Below, one piece after another: positions 36,781-50,199 of a stretch of 64,000 bases of DNA. The translations under genes were made by a program, and so were the position numbers. Each line of letters opens with the position of its first letter. Position 1 is the stretch's first letter. Source of the DNA: Hamiltosporidium tvaerminnensis FI-OER-3-3. Taxonomy: Eukaryota; Fungi; Microsporidia. The notes beneath the pieces are model-generated. The model saw only the letters and a list, made by a program, of their open reading frames with translations, did not search any database and was not told the origin of the DNA. The DNA lies in assembly GCA_022605425.2 (NCBI GenBank), contig CM061246.1, positions 1,364,001-1,428,000 on the forward strand. Reading direction: 5' to 3'.

Positions 36781-38726
36781 AGCCAGCAGTAAAACCAATC
36801 AGAATAATTTTTGAATAGTTATAAATATAAAAAATCTACATTTTGTTCAAATCACTCTAAAATTTAATTTTATTTTTATATAAAATCCATTATAAAAGCG
36901 TTTTAATTTGTGTATAAAAATTAATTATTGTACTTTCACTTCGAATAAAAAATCATTTTTGAACATATTTTTATTATATCAAACTGAATCTCTTGAAATT
37001 ACAATGTATTTATATCTAGTTTTAAAATCTGATTTTATGATCATATTTATGGTATTATTTCAGGGATATAAAATGATTTTAAACTTTTCCATATAAGTTT
37101 GCTATTTAAACTGGGTTTTTATGTTTAAAAAAAGAATCAGCGATGGTTTTTTTACCGAAAAATCAAATATTTATTCTATTTTTTTACGAATCAAATGAGT
37201 TTGAATTCTAAGCATAGATAAATTCAAATTAAAAACTTTATAAAAAATATATTCTGTGTTATTCTTTGGTTGGTTTGCTTTTTTCTTAGTTTAAAATTTA
37301 TGATTTTTTTATGTTGATGATTTGGTATGTTCCAATGACTTCTTATAAGATTGCAATTAAAATACAGACTTACAAAAAATAATTTTCAAGAAAATTTTAT
37401 GAATCAAAAGATTTTGATGATTTTATTTTCAGAAATATTTAGATTTCTAATAAATTCAATGTAATTAATTCAATATGCATAAGTTAAAGAAACAATTTTA
37501 GTATAATTACTGCAGTAAATTTGAATAATTGGTCATTATTCAAATTGAAGGTAACATATACATGATGAATTGATATCGCTATAGTTACTAATTTACTTTA
37601 CTTTTGGCAAATCTAGATTAAAATCTAATATAATGTATTTTAAAGAATTTCTTTAAATGTTTAAAAACAAAGAACATATATAAGACATTGCATCTATTTT
37701 TATATATTTTTTATATGGTTCATATCATATTCAACATAATTGTAGTTACTCTTAGTAAGATTTTTTTATATATTAAAATAATTTTCGATATATCCTTTTC
37801 TTTACATATATTTGCATTTGGTTTTAATTATTTTTCTCCATCAATAAAAAATCAATATATTTTTTAAAAGAATATACTATGTATTGTGCTTTATTGGGAT
37901 TTGATTGGTGGTTTTAATTCTATAAAGATATCTTGGGATATTTGGCAACAAGAAAATTCCCAGAAATTTCAAACGAATATTTTAAATTCGAATCTTCAAA
38001 CATGCACTTGGTATTATTGCAAGTAAGTTTTATTTCTGGTGTTTTTTGTGTCAAGAAAACCAAGCAAATTCTATCCCGTATATTATCTATTCAAATGAAT
38101 GTCATCATTTTTTTATGTATTACCTAAAAATGAAATGAGTTTATTTTATAGATTCAATTGGCTCTTATTCTGATGTTAGAAAACTATTTTTTTAGAGACT
38201 CTCACTAAAAATAATTTTTGAAACGAAGTATCTATAAGGTTTAAAAGGATTTCATAATTTAAGTTTTATTAAAAAATACAGTATTTGTATATTATTTGCT
38301 TTTAAGTTTAATTATTTTGTATAAAATTTTTAGAAAAATAAATAAAAACTTTTCAAGGTTTTAAATAATAGCTAAAGAATTGATTTCTATTGATTAATTT
38401 ATATCAAATCATAAAATTCAAAACTATGTTTATCATTTTACAAATATTCAAATACAATCAAATAAGGCATTAAAAAATATATATGTTTTTATATTCTCTA
38501 TATATAATTATTTAGGTAAACTTGATAAAAGCATAAGTGATAAATTTATTTTTAATATTATATTATGATTTCTTTACAAAAAAAATTCTTTTTAAGCATC
38601 CATTGTGTTAATTATAAAAATAATGTCTAATTAAATTCATATTTTTTTTCATTAATCATTTTTTTTACTAAAATAGAGAAATTAAACGATATATAAATAA
38701 AAATTTAAAATACCTAAAATAAGAGA

Positions 38727-39584
38727 ATGAAGAAATACAAATGCAAACTAAGATTTATATTTTTTTTTTCTGTACTATCGATGTCACAAATTTTTTATCA
38801 GGGAATATTTCTTTATTACCAACAAAAGAAACTCAAAGGGATTCACAAAAATGAAAGTTTACCGGTGCTTTGGAATTATGTATACGGAATTATGCTTTCT
38901 GAACTACTCGAAACGAGTTTCGTAATAAATTCTATTCATTCTGGTTCCATTGAATATTTAATCTGCACAGTTTTTCCAGTCGTTTATACATTTTCTGCTA
39001 TATTACTAAAATATTATTTATGTGATGCGAATATAACTATAGATTTAATTATTCAGATATCAAAATTTTTATATAGTTTATCCATTTACACAGAAATAAA
39101 AGCACATATTTCATGGTCATACTATAAGAGATTAGGTCCTTGTTATTCATATTTGAAAGGATACATTATTTCAGAAAATTTAAAAGCACTTCGAAACCTT
39201 TGCTACTTTCATAACGTAATAATTTACGTCTATTACTATAAAAACAAACCTAAAATAATATCTTTAATTTCTGTATTTTTAGTTTTTACAGAGTTTTTAA
39301 GCCATATATTTGATAAAAAAATTCCTAAAAAGGTTAGTTATATTTCAATATCTTTATGGATATGTGAAATATTAAATATATGCAGGATGATTAAGGTTAC
39401 ATATGATATTTATAACCAGTAAGTTTTTATTCTAATTAGTTATATTTCTTTAGGAACTATTCTATACTTTTTAATGGTTTTAGTCGTAATTATTTTATCT
39501 TTTCTAGATATCAAATATAAAATATCTGTAGATTGTGATGAATATGAAGAAACTGAATTTATTTTTGAAGAGATAGAATTTTAG
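38727..39584 (+). CDS. Hypothetical multi-pass (about 7 TM) membrane protein, probably with a 21-nt intron at 39419-39439
   Basis: The ORF stop lies inside GTAAGTTTTTATTCTAATTAG; the same frame continues with a further TM helix and an acidic tail to TAG at 39584. Confidence 0.7.
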
Positions 39585-39792
39585 TATTTTATTGATCAAT
39601 AAACTAAGAGCAATAAATTCACATTTTTATTTTAAATTTTATTCTTAAGATCTAAGATAAATAAAATATTTAACAATAAATTTTACTGTTCAAATATGAC
39701 GTTTCTCTTAAACTGATAAAAATTTAAATAATTTTTATAGTAGAACATTGAATAAAAACAAATCACATTTACTTTAATTTTATAAAATAGTC

Positions 39793-40500
39793 GTGGAGAG
39801 CCGATTATTATACTAAAAACTACCTACTTGACAATGAATAGATGTAATTGATCTACAAAATCATTTTTTAGATTTTTTTTGGAAATAAAACTATCTACAT
39901 TTTTGGTTGTAACATGTGAATTTGTATAAAGAGGAAATAGTCTAATATATGGAAATATTTCTAAAAATTTATTTCGTGGTTTTTTATGGAACTAGATTGA
40001 AACTTGCAACCGAAATTGTAGGCAATGGCCATGTAAAACCATGTAAATTACCTTTTGATCACTCGATTCAGAAAACATAGCCGCTGGTATATACAAAAAA
40101 TATCCCTTATAATGCCGGGAACGCCAAGTTGAAGGTTATACTCATTGTTATGACATTGCACTGTCATGGTTGACCGATGTAAAAAACAAGGAATATTATA
40201 TATTGAAGACCATTCGGTTCGGAAGGTCTAGAGAATGGATAGGAATGCTGCTAGTCTCAGATTAATTTTTAGCGAAGGCAACAATGATCACACCTCTTGT
40301 CATGCAAATTAACAAGCCAGGATTAGTACCCTCGCCTATTTAAGGACTTCAGCATACCTTTTATAAGCAAGGCTTATAAACGTACGCATCGCAGGGAATA
40401 TAGCTGGAGTTATCTAGGGAGAGATTATCTATGTTAAACCTAAAAGTGCGTTAATTCCATGAAAACACAATAACACATGCCACTGTTTTAAAAGGATAGA
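39793..40500 (+). repeat. Family A structured non-coding repeat, copy 3 (most diverged)
   Basis: Head matches copy 2; GACATTGCACTGTC at 40152-40165; tatgttaaaccta near the 3' end. Confidence 0.85.
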
Positions 40501-40739
40501 ATATTCTCGAATATATATATTTTGCTAAAAAATACTTTTTAATTTATTTAAAATGAATGCTAACATTAAATTTATTTATTAAAAATAATTAAATAAATTT
40601 GATAAAGTAGCAACCAATAATATATTAACATAGACTCTTTAATACCAAAATTCTAAAAAATTGAATTTCAAATCGAACTATGATAGATCATGAAAATTAA
40701 CCAAGAACAACCACTTTTAATACCATAAAAGATTACTTT

Positions 40740-42288
40740 TCAATTCCAACTATCAAAGAACATTCTTTTCTCTTCAATAATAAAAGAAAAATATTCTTTA
40801 AAAATACCCAAAACACTTTTCTGCATTTGAATCGATCCGCACACATACACACTACAATCAGATAAAATAAACTCTTTGATACCCTCAACGTTTCCTAAAA
40901 TATAATCACTAACGTATTTATAATTACCAGTATATTTATAATCGGCACTGTAAACAACATTCTTCCTATCAAACATATCTTTAGATAAATCATCACAAAA
41001 ATTTCTACAACCATAAATTAACCACATCAAATCATCTTTCCTTCTATTTTTATAAAATGATATAAAAGGTGCAATACCTGTCCCTGTTGAAATTAATAAA
41101 TGCTTTTTCGTTTCCTGTAATCGTAAAAGTCTATTCTTTCTGTAAACAAAATCAATATTATCCAATATCGGTTTCGTATTACTATCATTATAATTTATAT
41201 CTTTACCATCATCCATACTTAGAGTTTGAATACTTACTCTCTTCTCTATCTCCATCTTTATTCTCATCCTTATTGATATCTATATTCATATACTTTTCAT
41301 TATACTTTTCTTTGATGAATGCAGATACTTGGCCATATCTAACACTGTTACTCACACTATGTGACATAATACCTATTAACAATTCGATATTACCACTTTT
41401 GTTATTGATTAAAGAGAAATATCTGGGTTTTATAAATTCACAATGTTCTGCCAACAGTTCTAATGTGATTTTACATTTAAAATATTCTAAAATATCCAAT
41501 AAATTATTAAAATTTTTATAAATATTATAATAATCCTTAACACCTTCTTTACTGCACAAATATTTTAAGTCATTAACACGATCAGTAGTAGATATATTAT
41601 TAACACCTTCCAATCCACTACTCATATCTCTAACCACCTCTACCATACTATTTTTATCACGCTCCTCACTCAATGCATTTAAAAAGGATTTTTTTGGCAA
41701 AGAAAGAACATCAATTTTTCTTAAAAACCCATATAAATTACCACTATACTCATAAGAATAACACCCTTTACGCTCTATCTTATAAAAAGTATTATAAATA
41801 TCGTTATAAGACGATGCCTCTTGATTATAATTAAGATAAGATAATAATACCTTTATCACATGCTCTGGATTATAACAAATTAACCCTACACTATCACCGG
41901 GTATAAAATCTATGGTTTTATTTAATTTTATTTTGTAAACTTCCTTCCATTCTGTTCCCATATTTGTAATACTTAATATTTTACCATTATATATTATATC
42001 TAGTGGGTTATCTGATGGGTTATTTATGTGTTTATCTGTTTTGTCTAGTTCTTTATGATATATTTTATCTAATATTTCTTTACTATCTACTTTGTCTGTT
42101 TGGTATAATACTTCTTTACTATATACTTTACTATCGGTCTTACTATCTACTCCCTCTATCTTAGTAGCACCCCCACCTTCTCTGCTTAATACCTCTATGG
42201 TTATTTCATTTAATTTTCTAAATTTCAATTCTTTAAATTGCTTAATTTCATATTTTATAGGATTTAAAATGTGTCTTTTAAGATCCAT
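40740..42288 (-). CDS. Diflavin reductase FAD/NADPH module (NADPH-cytochrome P450 reductase / methionine synthase reductase-like), split in two frames
   Basis: FIPGDSVGLICYNP, IKPRYFSL, GQVSAFI, LISTGTGIAPFISF, WLIYGCRN, VYVCGS, terminal DSWN; frame change at ~41200-41260; no flavodoxin domain seen. Confidence 0.88.
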
Positions 42289-42379
42289 TTGGGGTAATAA
42301 AAATAATATTTAGAACCCTGTATTTCTAAAGTATATTATGAAATAGAAAAAAAAGAAAACTTCATTCAAAGTTATATAA

Positions 42380-43330
42380 TGTAAGAAAATATGTGCATAT
42401 GGGTGTTAGTTTATCTTCCATATAGCAAAAGAAAGGGAATATTAGGCCACGTGATGAAACAGTGTTCTGCTATATTCAGGATAGAATCTATTCTGGGTGT
42501 AGAAGGTAATACCAACACTACAACAAGTGAGGTAATAAATTTTGGCATTTAGCAACTCCATGTGAGAAAATGCTCGAAAATGATTGTATCAGACATTATA
42601 ATGAAGTGGTTAAATGCCTGCAAGTTTTTTTTAAAACATATATAAATTTATGGCATCAAAACAAATCGGTCGTCATTCATTCAAGAAGTTCTTAAATGTG
42701 TATGCAAAGATAAGAGTGGACACCAAAGAAACAACTGATCTTAAGATGTAGAATAATAGACCGGATATTTTCATTAAGATATGAGGCTAAATGAAACACT
42801 AGTAGTTGAAATAGTAATACCTCTTTGTATTCAGTTTAAATAGATTAACTGCAAAACTTTAGAAGTTTGACTGGTTAACTAATGATTTGGGTCTTATTTA
42901 TAAGCGTAGTATGAGAAAGATGATTTCTTATGTTATAATCTGGGGCTTTGTTGGAAAAAAATACCATCTGAAATATCGTAAAACAGAATAAATACCTATG
43001 TATATATAGCGTATATTTATTCAATAGTACTTAAAGACAGTCGAAAAAAAATTCTTTGATCAACGAAGAGGCTTGAACGTGAACCTAAATTCGAAGGGAT
43101 TAGTGAAAAGAAATCTTGGATGAGTATCAAAAGGGCTGGAGTTCATGAGATTGCCACTTTCCATAGATTAAATATGGAATAGGAAAGACAATGTTAAACA
43201 AGTAAAGACAAATCATGTTTTTCTCCATAAATTGAATGACTTAAACAAACTTAAGGAACCGAAAATAAACTTAAATGAAGCATCGGGATTACAAAGAGAA
43301 ATCGAAGTGAAGAAATATGTTAAGAAAGCA
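42380..43330 (+). mobile_element. Decayed 3' part of the R4/Dong-like element
   Basis: gatgaaacagtgttctgctatattcaggataga and aataatagaccggatattttc match the other copies. Confidence 0.85.
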
Positions 43331-43577
43331 TTTTACAGAAATAAATAACATTAACCAGAATTTTAATTAAATATGTTTATCTATAACTAATACCGATAAA
43401 TAAACAGGTGTATTAACATAATAAATAAACAGTAAAACTATTACTCTTCTATTAAATATCTATACTACTTCCGTATTTTCCCTAACACACATCTAATATC
43501 AATCCTAATACATATAATAATCTATTCAAATATCTAAACTCTCTACTTCCTAATACATTTCCAATACAACCACTATA

Positions 43578-46500
43578 TTAATACTTATCTATTAACATCT
43601 CCATACACCCCACTTCCTTGCTGCCTAATACACTTTGAACACTTAATTTATCTTTCTCTTCAAATCTATAAAACTTCTTTAAATATTCTTTATCAATAAC
43701 ATTCTTTCTACAATAAAATCTATTATAATACTCATTATAATTATTAAAACACTTTTGTCTTTTGAGTATTTCTTCTTCCAATATCTCATATAAATTAAAT
43801 TCCTTTTCATTTAAATAATACAAACAACCAAATTTATGAAAAGAAGTAAAATAATATATTTTATACTTTGTAAGATATATCTTAATAACAATATCACCTA
43901 TATAATACGATATAAGTGTAGTAAAACTTAAATTGGTATTTAGATTAGTATTTAGATTAATAGTTATATCTGTATCTAGACTAGTATTTAGATAAGTATT
44001 TGGATTGGTGTTTGGATTAGTATTTAGATCAGTAGTCATATCTGTATTAAACATATTATTCTTATCTTTAGTATTATCTCTACTACTACCATCATTCATA
44101 TTACTACCAAACCCTATTTTACATATAAAAATATTTCCTAATTTATCAGACATAAATATTGTATCAATATTTATGCATTCCAAATATATTATATGTTTAT
44201 GCAATATATCTTGTATTACAGGGGTTAATAGGTTTATATCATAAACTATTAACGAATTTCTTTTTGTTACAATAAAAATGTATTTTACATTTGTTTTTAT
44301 TATAATTATTTCAGATTTTAAATATATTCTATTTTTCAATAAAAGAGATTTTTTACCAATTTCAAATAAATGTAGAAAGTGTTTTTGTAGTAAAGGATTA
44401 GGGTTAGGTATGGGATTGGGCAGATGAGTAGCTAAAAGAGTGTTATTAAGTGTTGTTATAGTATCACCTATAGGGGTATTATTATGAATACCTCTAGCTA
44501 TAGGGGTGTTAACATCAGTACCATCTCTATGATTCTTATCACCCATTATATTACTAAGAATTCTATAACAAGGATTCTCTACTTTCTCTTTAAGTCCTAT
44601 AAATATTTTATTGGAATAGCAACACATTGAAGTGCATTCACCATTAATTTTATAATCAAATAAAACAGCCTTTTCCTTATAAACACGTATCATAAATATA
44701 TTATCTTTAAAATCCCAATCTTTATACTCCCTATCTTTATACTCCCTATCCTTATACTTCCTTGCTTCGTATTGCTTATTACTTACCCCACTACTATCTC
44801 TATACAATACTATTGTATGCTCATCTACAACATTAATATCTATAAAATCTTCTATAAAAATATTTTCTTTATAAAAATTTACATTTTTACAAAATTTTTC
44901 TTTTTCTCTATCAAAACACATAATTTCACACTTATTTATACTTACTTGTCTAACCATACAACACTCACCCACCAATCTATACAAAGGTGTGTCATATGAT
45001 ATGTTTGGTGTATCTGGTATATATTTTTTATCTGGTATATCATATATCTCATCTATCCTATCTACTTTGTCTTCTAACTCATCTACTTTGTTCTCTATCT
45101 TATCTACTTTGTCTTCTATCTCATCTACTTTGTTCTCTATCTTATCTGAATTATCTATTTTATCTACCTCACCACCCACATATTCACCCTCTACACTACT
45201 CAACATATACTCCTCTATCCTTCTAACTACATACGCCACCAACAAATTATCTTTTAAAACAACAATTTTTCCGTTAAAATTAAAAACTTTTTCAAATTCA
45301 ATTTTTATTTTTTTGAATTCATTTTCAATTTCCAAATAAAATATATTTTTACCCACCAATAAACACTCAGCACCATAATTATGTATATTTGTTATATTAC
45401 ACATATTTACAGACCTAGGTAGTGACAAAGTAATATTATTTGATTTATAAGTATCTGTAAGGTTATTGCTTATAGATTTTTTACCTGTAAATTTGTTATC
45501 TATAAGTGTTTTGTCTCCAATACCTATATCTCCAATACCTATATCTCTATTATAACTATCTCCAATACCTATATCTCTACTACCTATATCTCCAATACCT
45601 ATATCTCTAATACCTATATCTCTACTACCTATATCTCTACTACCTATATCTCCATCACCATTCTTATCCCCATTCATACTAATGTTTATTATGTGTAAAA
45701 TCCCTTTATCATCTACAACATATAACTTATTATTAATTACTTTAATTAAAATAATATTATTTTTAAAAATCTGTATAAAAACATATTTTTTACTAAAAAT
45801 ATTAAATATTCTAATAACTGATAAACCAGTACATAAAAATAAATAATTATAATAAATTTGAATGTAAATTATTTTAAATTCTACATTTATAGTTTTTAAA
45901 ATATACTTTTCTTCTATATTTGTATCAAAAAAGTAAATTTGTATTTTGTTATTGTATGACAGTACAATAGAAGTATCAGTAGAGGTATAACAGTGATATA
46001 GTATATCAATAGTTAGTATATTATTATTAGTATTAGATATATTAGTATTTGATATATTAGTATTTGATATATTAGTATTATATTTATATTTGTATCAGAT
46101 ATATTAGATATACTAGATATATTAGATATTATTAGATATATTAGTATATATTAGATATATTGCTAGTATTAGTAACTTTGTATTAGATATATCCCCTATA
46201 CCAGTATTTCTATCTCTGTCCTTTTCTATGTCCAAGTATATGTCTATCTCTTTACTTGTCAGTACAATAATTAAATCTTTTATTTTTTTAATTTCTTTAA
46301 TATTTTTTCTAAATTTTAGTGAAAAACTCTTTAAAAAATTATTTTCAAAATATTTTATTGATGTGTCAGTTACAACAATAAAACTGTCAGTAAAAAAAAA
46401 GATATTTTTAAGGGGGGAGGTAGTATTAATATTATATATATTAGTATTGGTGTTTATATTTGTATCTACATTAGTGTCTATTTCTTTAGTATTAGTATCT

Positions 46501-48535
46501 TTATAATCTATATTAGTGTTTATACCTTTACTATTGATTCATTGTATCTATATTAGTATTAATGTCTCTAATATAAATATTATTGTCAATATTATTGTCA
46601 ATATCTCTATTAATTACAATCCCCATATCAATATCTTTACTTCTATCTATTTTGTTGTAAACTGTATTGATAAAACTTATAATAGAATCTTCTGTTCGAA
46701 TTAAAGGACTTTTTAATAAATATTTGTAAAATTTTCCTTTTTTTGTTAGAAATATATTTTTACTTTTCTCTGAAAAATTTAAAAACACGTTTTTTATAGC
46801 GAAATAGCCATCTATTTTATGGGTTAAGAATAGATTACCAGTAACACCCTGTTGTTTATAAGGAGTGTTGTTAAAGAGGTGTTGTTCATCTATATTGTTA
46901 CTAACACCCTGTTGTTTATTAGTACTAATCTTAACACCCTGTTGTTTATAAGCAGTGTTGTTAAAGAGGTGTTGTTCATCTATATTGTTACTAACACCCT
47001 GTTGTTTAACTATCCTTATCACTAACACCCTCTATACTACTAACACTTTTTATATCCCACACTAGATACCCCTTAACGCCCTTTATATGATATACACAGT
47101 TATAATCCTTATCACCCAAACATATTAAGAAACCCATTGGATGTATAAAAATATCTTTAACACCCCTTATTTTATCATAGAAATATATACGTAAGTTAAC
47201 ACCCTGTTGTTCCCTTGTACTGTTACTAACAGGGTGTTTATTAGTATTGTTACTAACACCCTGTTGTTTATATGATATGTTGTTAATAGGGTGTTGCTCA
47301 TTAGTACCATAACTAACACCTCTCCCCTTATCACTACCCCCTTCTCTATCACCACCCCCTATCTCTATGCTATACACACCACCTTTATCATCAACCATCA
47401 AAATAAAAGACTTTTTATTTTTCATTACAATTTCACTCCCACACACAAAAATCCCCCCAAGAAATACCTTCCCCCTCCCCACACACCTCCACCCACTAAA
47501 CACACACACCTCTTCTCTCCCAACACACACCCAATACATCTTTTCAAATGTCAGTATATTATATGCACACTTCATTACATTAACCACATTTCTTATCACC
47601 ACTGTATCTTCCAAATACTCTACAATCCTAACCACCATATAACCAGTAATGTCATGTGAGTTGTTATTATCCTTTTTAGTATTATTATCCTTATTAGTAT
47701 TATTGTCCTTATTAGTATTATGATCCTTATTAGTATTTATATCTTTATTATCATCTTTATCTTTATTCTTATTATCATCTTTATCTTCTTTATCATCTTT
47801 ATCTTTATTCTTATTAGTATTTTTATCTTTATTCTTATTATCTTCTCTATTACTACTCCCTCTAATACTACTCTCTCTAATACTGCTCTCCCCCACATCC
47901 CCCTCCCCCCTTACACCACTACCCAATCTCCTCTCCAACATACAAAAATAATTATTCATCCCTTTAATTGCCTTATAAGTATACACAACAGAATAACTTT
48001 TAAATTTTAAACAATTTTTAAATTTTAAATTTTTATAATCAGTAAATATAAAATTACCGTTAATACTTCCAACTGAAAAACAATTACCTGATATTTCAAA
48101 GTAATAACCTATTTGTGTAGAAGAGTAGTCATAAACAAGGGTATCAATTAGTTTAGTAGTATATATATCAGTATAAGGGTTTTCAGTAGTACAATTAGTA
48201 TTGGTTTTAGTATTACTATCATTTATACTATCATTTATACTACTACCTTCATTTCTACAACACTTTACTACTTCTAGTATTGTTATACATCCACCACTGG
48301 TAATACATAAGTATGCTTTTTTATAAAAATATATTTGTATCTGCTGTATTGAAGAGAATACAGGTATTTCATTGACATATATGAGTGTACCGTTAGTGTT
48401 TAATTCGTAGAATTCTAAAGATTCGTTTTTTACTAAAATTACTGTTTTGTATGAAGAATTACCTAAAAAGTCGTTACAAATTATTTTTTTTGTGAATTGT
48501 TTTGAGTTTTTAAGTGGTTTGTGTAATAAATACAT
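43578..48535 (-). CDS. RSE1: Splicing factor 3B subunit 3 / Rse1-like beta-propeller protein, interrupted by three frame breaks in low-complexity inserts
   Basis: N-terminus MYLLHKPLK..DFLG..ILVKNESLEFYEL after TAACCCTTTAATG; C-terminal region YEIGKKSLL-like, SDKLGNIF, YYIGD, YNRFYCRKNVIDKE; DDB1/CPSF-A family architecture. Confidence 0.75.
46843..47330 (-). repeat. 30-nt GGTGTTAGT..CAACAG minisatellite units within the CDS (KQQGVSNN)
   Basis: Repeated aacaccctgttg on the + strand, in two blocks (46843-47030 and 47195-47330). Confidence 0.85.
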
Positions 48536-48644
48536 TAAAGGGTTATAAATTAAAGATATAAAATGGGGGAGTGTGGGGATACGATAGAGTATGTGGTTAG
48601 GGATAAAGTATGTGGTTAGTTTCTGGGTTAGGAGGTGTATATAA

Positions 48645-49120
48645 TTATTACCCCTCTTAAATATCTGTAGTGTTGATAACACCCTCTTATTTATTAGTAC
48701 TTATATTAACACCCTTTTATTTATTAGTACTTTTACTAACACCCCTCTTAAACATCTTTAGTGTTGCTAACACCCTCTTATTTATTAGTACTTATATTAA
48801 CACCCCTCTTTAGTATCTTTAATGTTGATAACACCCCTCCTAAATATCTTTAGTTTTACTAACACCCTATTATCTATTACTACTTTTAATAACACCCTTT
48901 TGTTTATTAGTCTTTTAATAACACCCTTTTGTTTATTAGTAGTTTTAATAACGCCCTCATAAGTATATTTACTATTACTAACACCCTCTTAAGATCTTAA
49001 CTATTGATAACCCCCCTCTTAAGATCTTTACATTCAATAACACCCCTCTTGAGAATCCTACCTATCAGTAACACCCTATAAAACCACTAATGTAACACCC
49101 CTCAAATATATAACACCCTT
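48645..49120. repeat. ~30-nt AACACCC minisatellite array in the divergent intergenic region
   Basis: aacaccc recurs every ~30 nt about 15 times; related to the coding units in RSE1. Confidence 0.9.
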
Positions 49121-49246
49121 TATCTACCCCCTCCTTTTTATTTACCACTAAATTACAATTTTAAAAAAAAAATAAATAAAACACGTTTCAAGTATCCTTA
49201 ACAAAACCAAAAAAAGAAAAAAAAGAGAGAAAATAATAAAAAAAAA

Positions 49247-50032
49247 ATGAAAAACTATAACAAAGAAATAAAAGAACTATGTACAATAGAAGACAATAAA
49301 AGATGTATAGACTGTAATACATACTACCCACAATGGTGTTCAGTAACATACGGTATATTTATGTGTATAGAATGTGCCAGTATACACCGATCACTTGGTG
49401 TAACAACCAGTGTAGTTAAGAGTGTTAATATGGATACTTGGACAGAAGAAAATTATTTTAAAATGAAAATTGGAGGAAATAAAAGTTTTAGTGAGTTTTT
49501 AAATAAAAAAAGTTTGAGTAAAATTGAGACACAAAAAAAATATAAAAATTGTGATGTCATTAAATATGGTGAGACATTACAAAGCAAAGTGAACAGTATG
49601 ATAGGAAATAGTAGTGGTAGTGTGGGAAAGGTTAGTGGTAGTGGATGTACTAGTAATTATACTAATAGAAGTAACACCACTAATACTAATAACACTAATA
49701 GTAATACTAATAGTACTTATGCTAATACTACCTATTCTTCTGCCTCAAGTGTTACTTTTAATGAGACTAGAAGTGTACAGGATAAGATATCTTCTACTTT
49801 TTATAAATTAGGAGAATATGTGTCTACAGGTGCATTAATAATAAAAGATAAGACAGTACAGTTAGGTGGTGCTATAAATCAAAAAATACTTGAACCGACA
49901 CTTTCTTCTATTAAAGGACAGAGTGGTTATATTTCTAATGCTTGGACAAATAAAAAAGTAGAAATTAAACCTGTAAAAACTAAAAAAGAAAAAGATGTGA
50001 CTAATGATATTGATTATAGTAAGTGGGATTAA
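49247..50032 (+). CDS. ADP-ribosylation factor GTPase-activating protein (Gcs1/ArfGAP1-like)
   Basis: CIDC-x16-CIEC zinc finger followed by HRSLGV and [15 protein letters not shown]. Confidence 0.95.
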   Translation: MKNYNKEIKELCTIEDNKRCIDCNTYYPQWCSVTYGIFMCIECASIHRSLGVTTSVVKSVNMDTWTEENYFKMKIGGNKSFSEFLNKKSLSKIETQKKYKNCDVIKYGETLQSKVNSMIGNSSGSVGKVSGSGCTSNYTNRSNTTNTNNTNSNTNSTYANTTYSSASSVTFNETRSVQDKISSTFYKLGEYVSTGALIIKDKTVQLGGAINQKILEPTLSSIKGQSGYISNAWTNKKVEIKPVKTKKEKDVTNDIDYSKWD

Positions 50033-50199
50033 GAAGAAGTAGAGATAAAGGAGTAAAAAAGAAAAAGAGGTTACTAATGATATTGATTATAGCAAGTGGG
50101 ATTAGAGAAAAGGGTTTAATATTATATTAAGTAAACTCGAAATGAATATATTATTTTATTTTTTAATATTATATTTTTTATATTATATTTTTTAATATT

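Noticed and set aside
44398-44408. TTAGGGTTAGG telomere-like sequence
   Set aside because: Under two units; it is simply the antisense of Pro-Asn codons in RSE1.
48536-48682. N-terminal 49 aa of the 558-aa ORF
   Set aside because: TTG start inside the minisatellite; the CCC motif and Rse1-like N-terminus point to ATG 48535.
48645-49120. Regularly spaced AACACCC motif resembling a CRISPR array
   Set aside because: The spacers are degenerate copies of each other, there are no cas genes, and the context is eukaryotic; it is a minisatellite.
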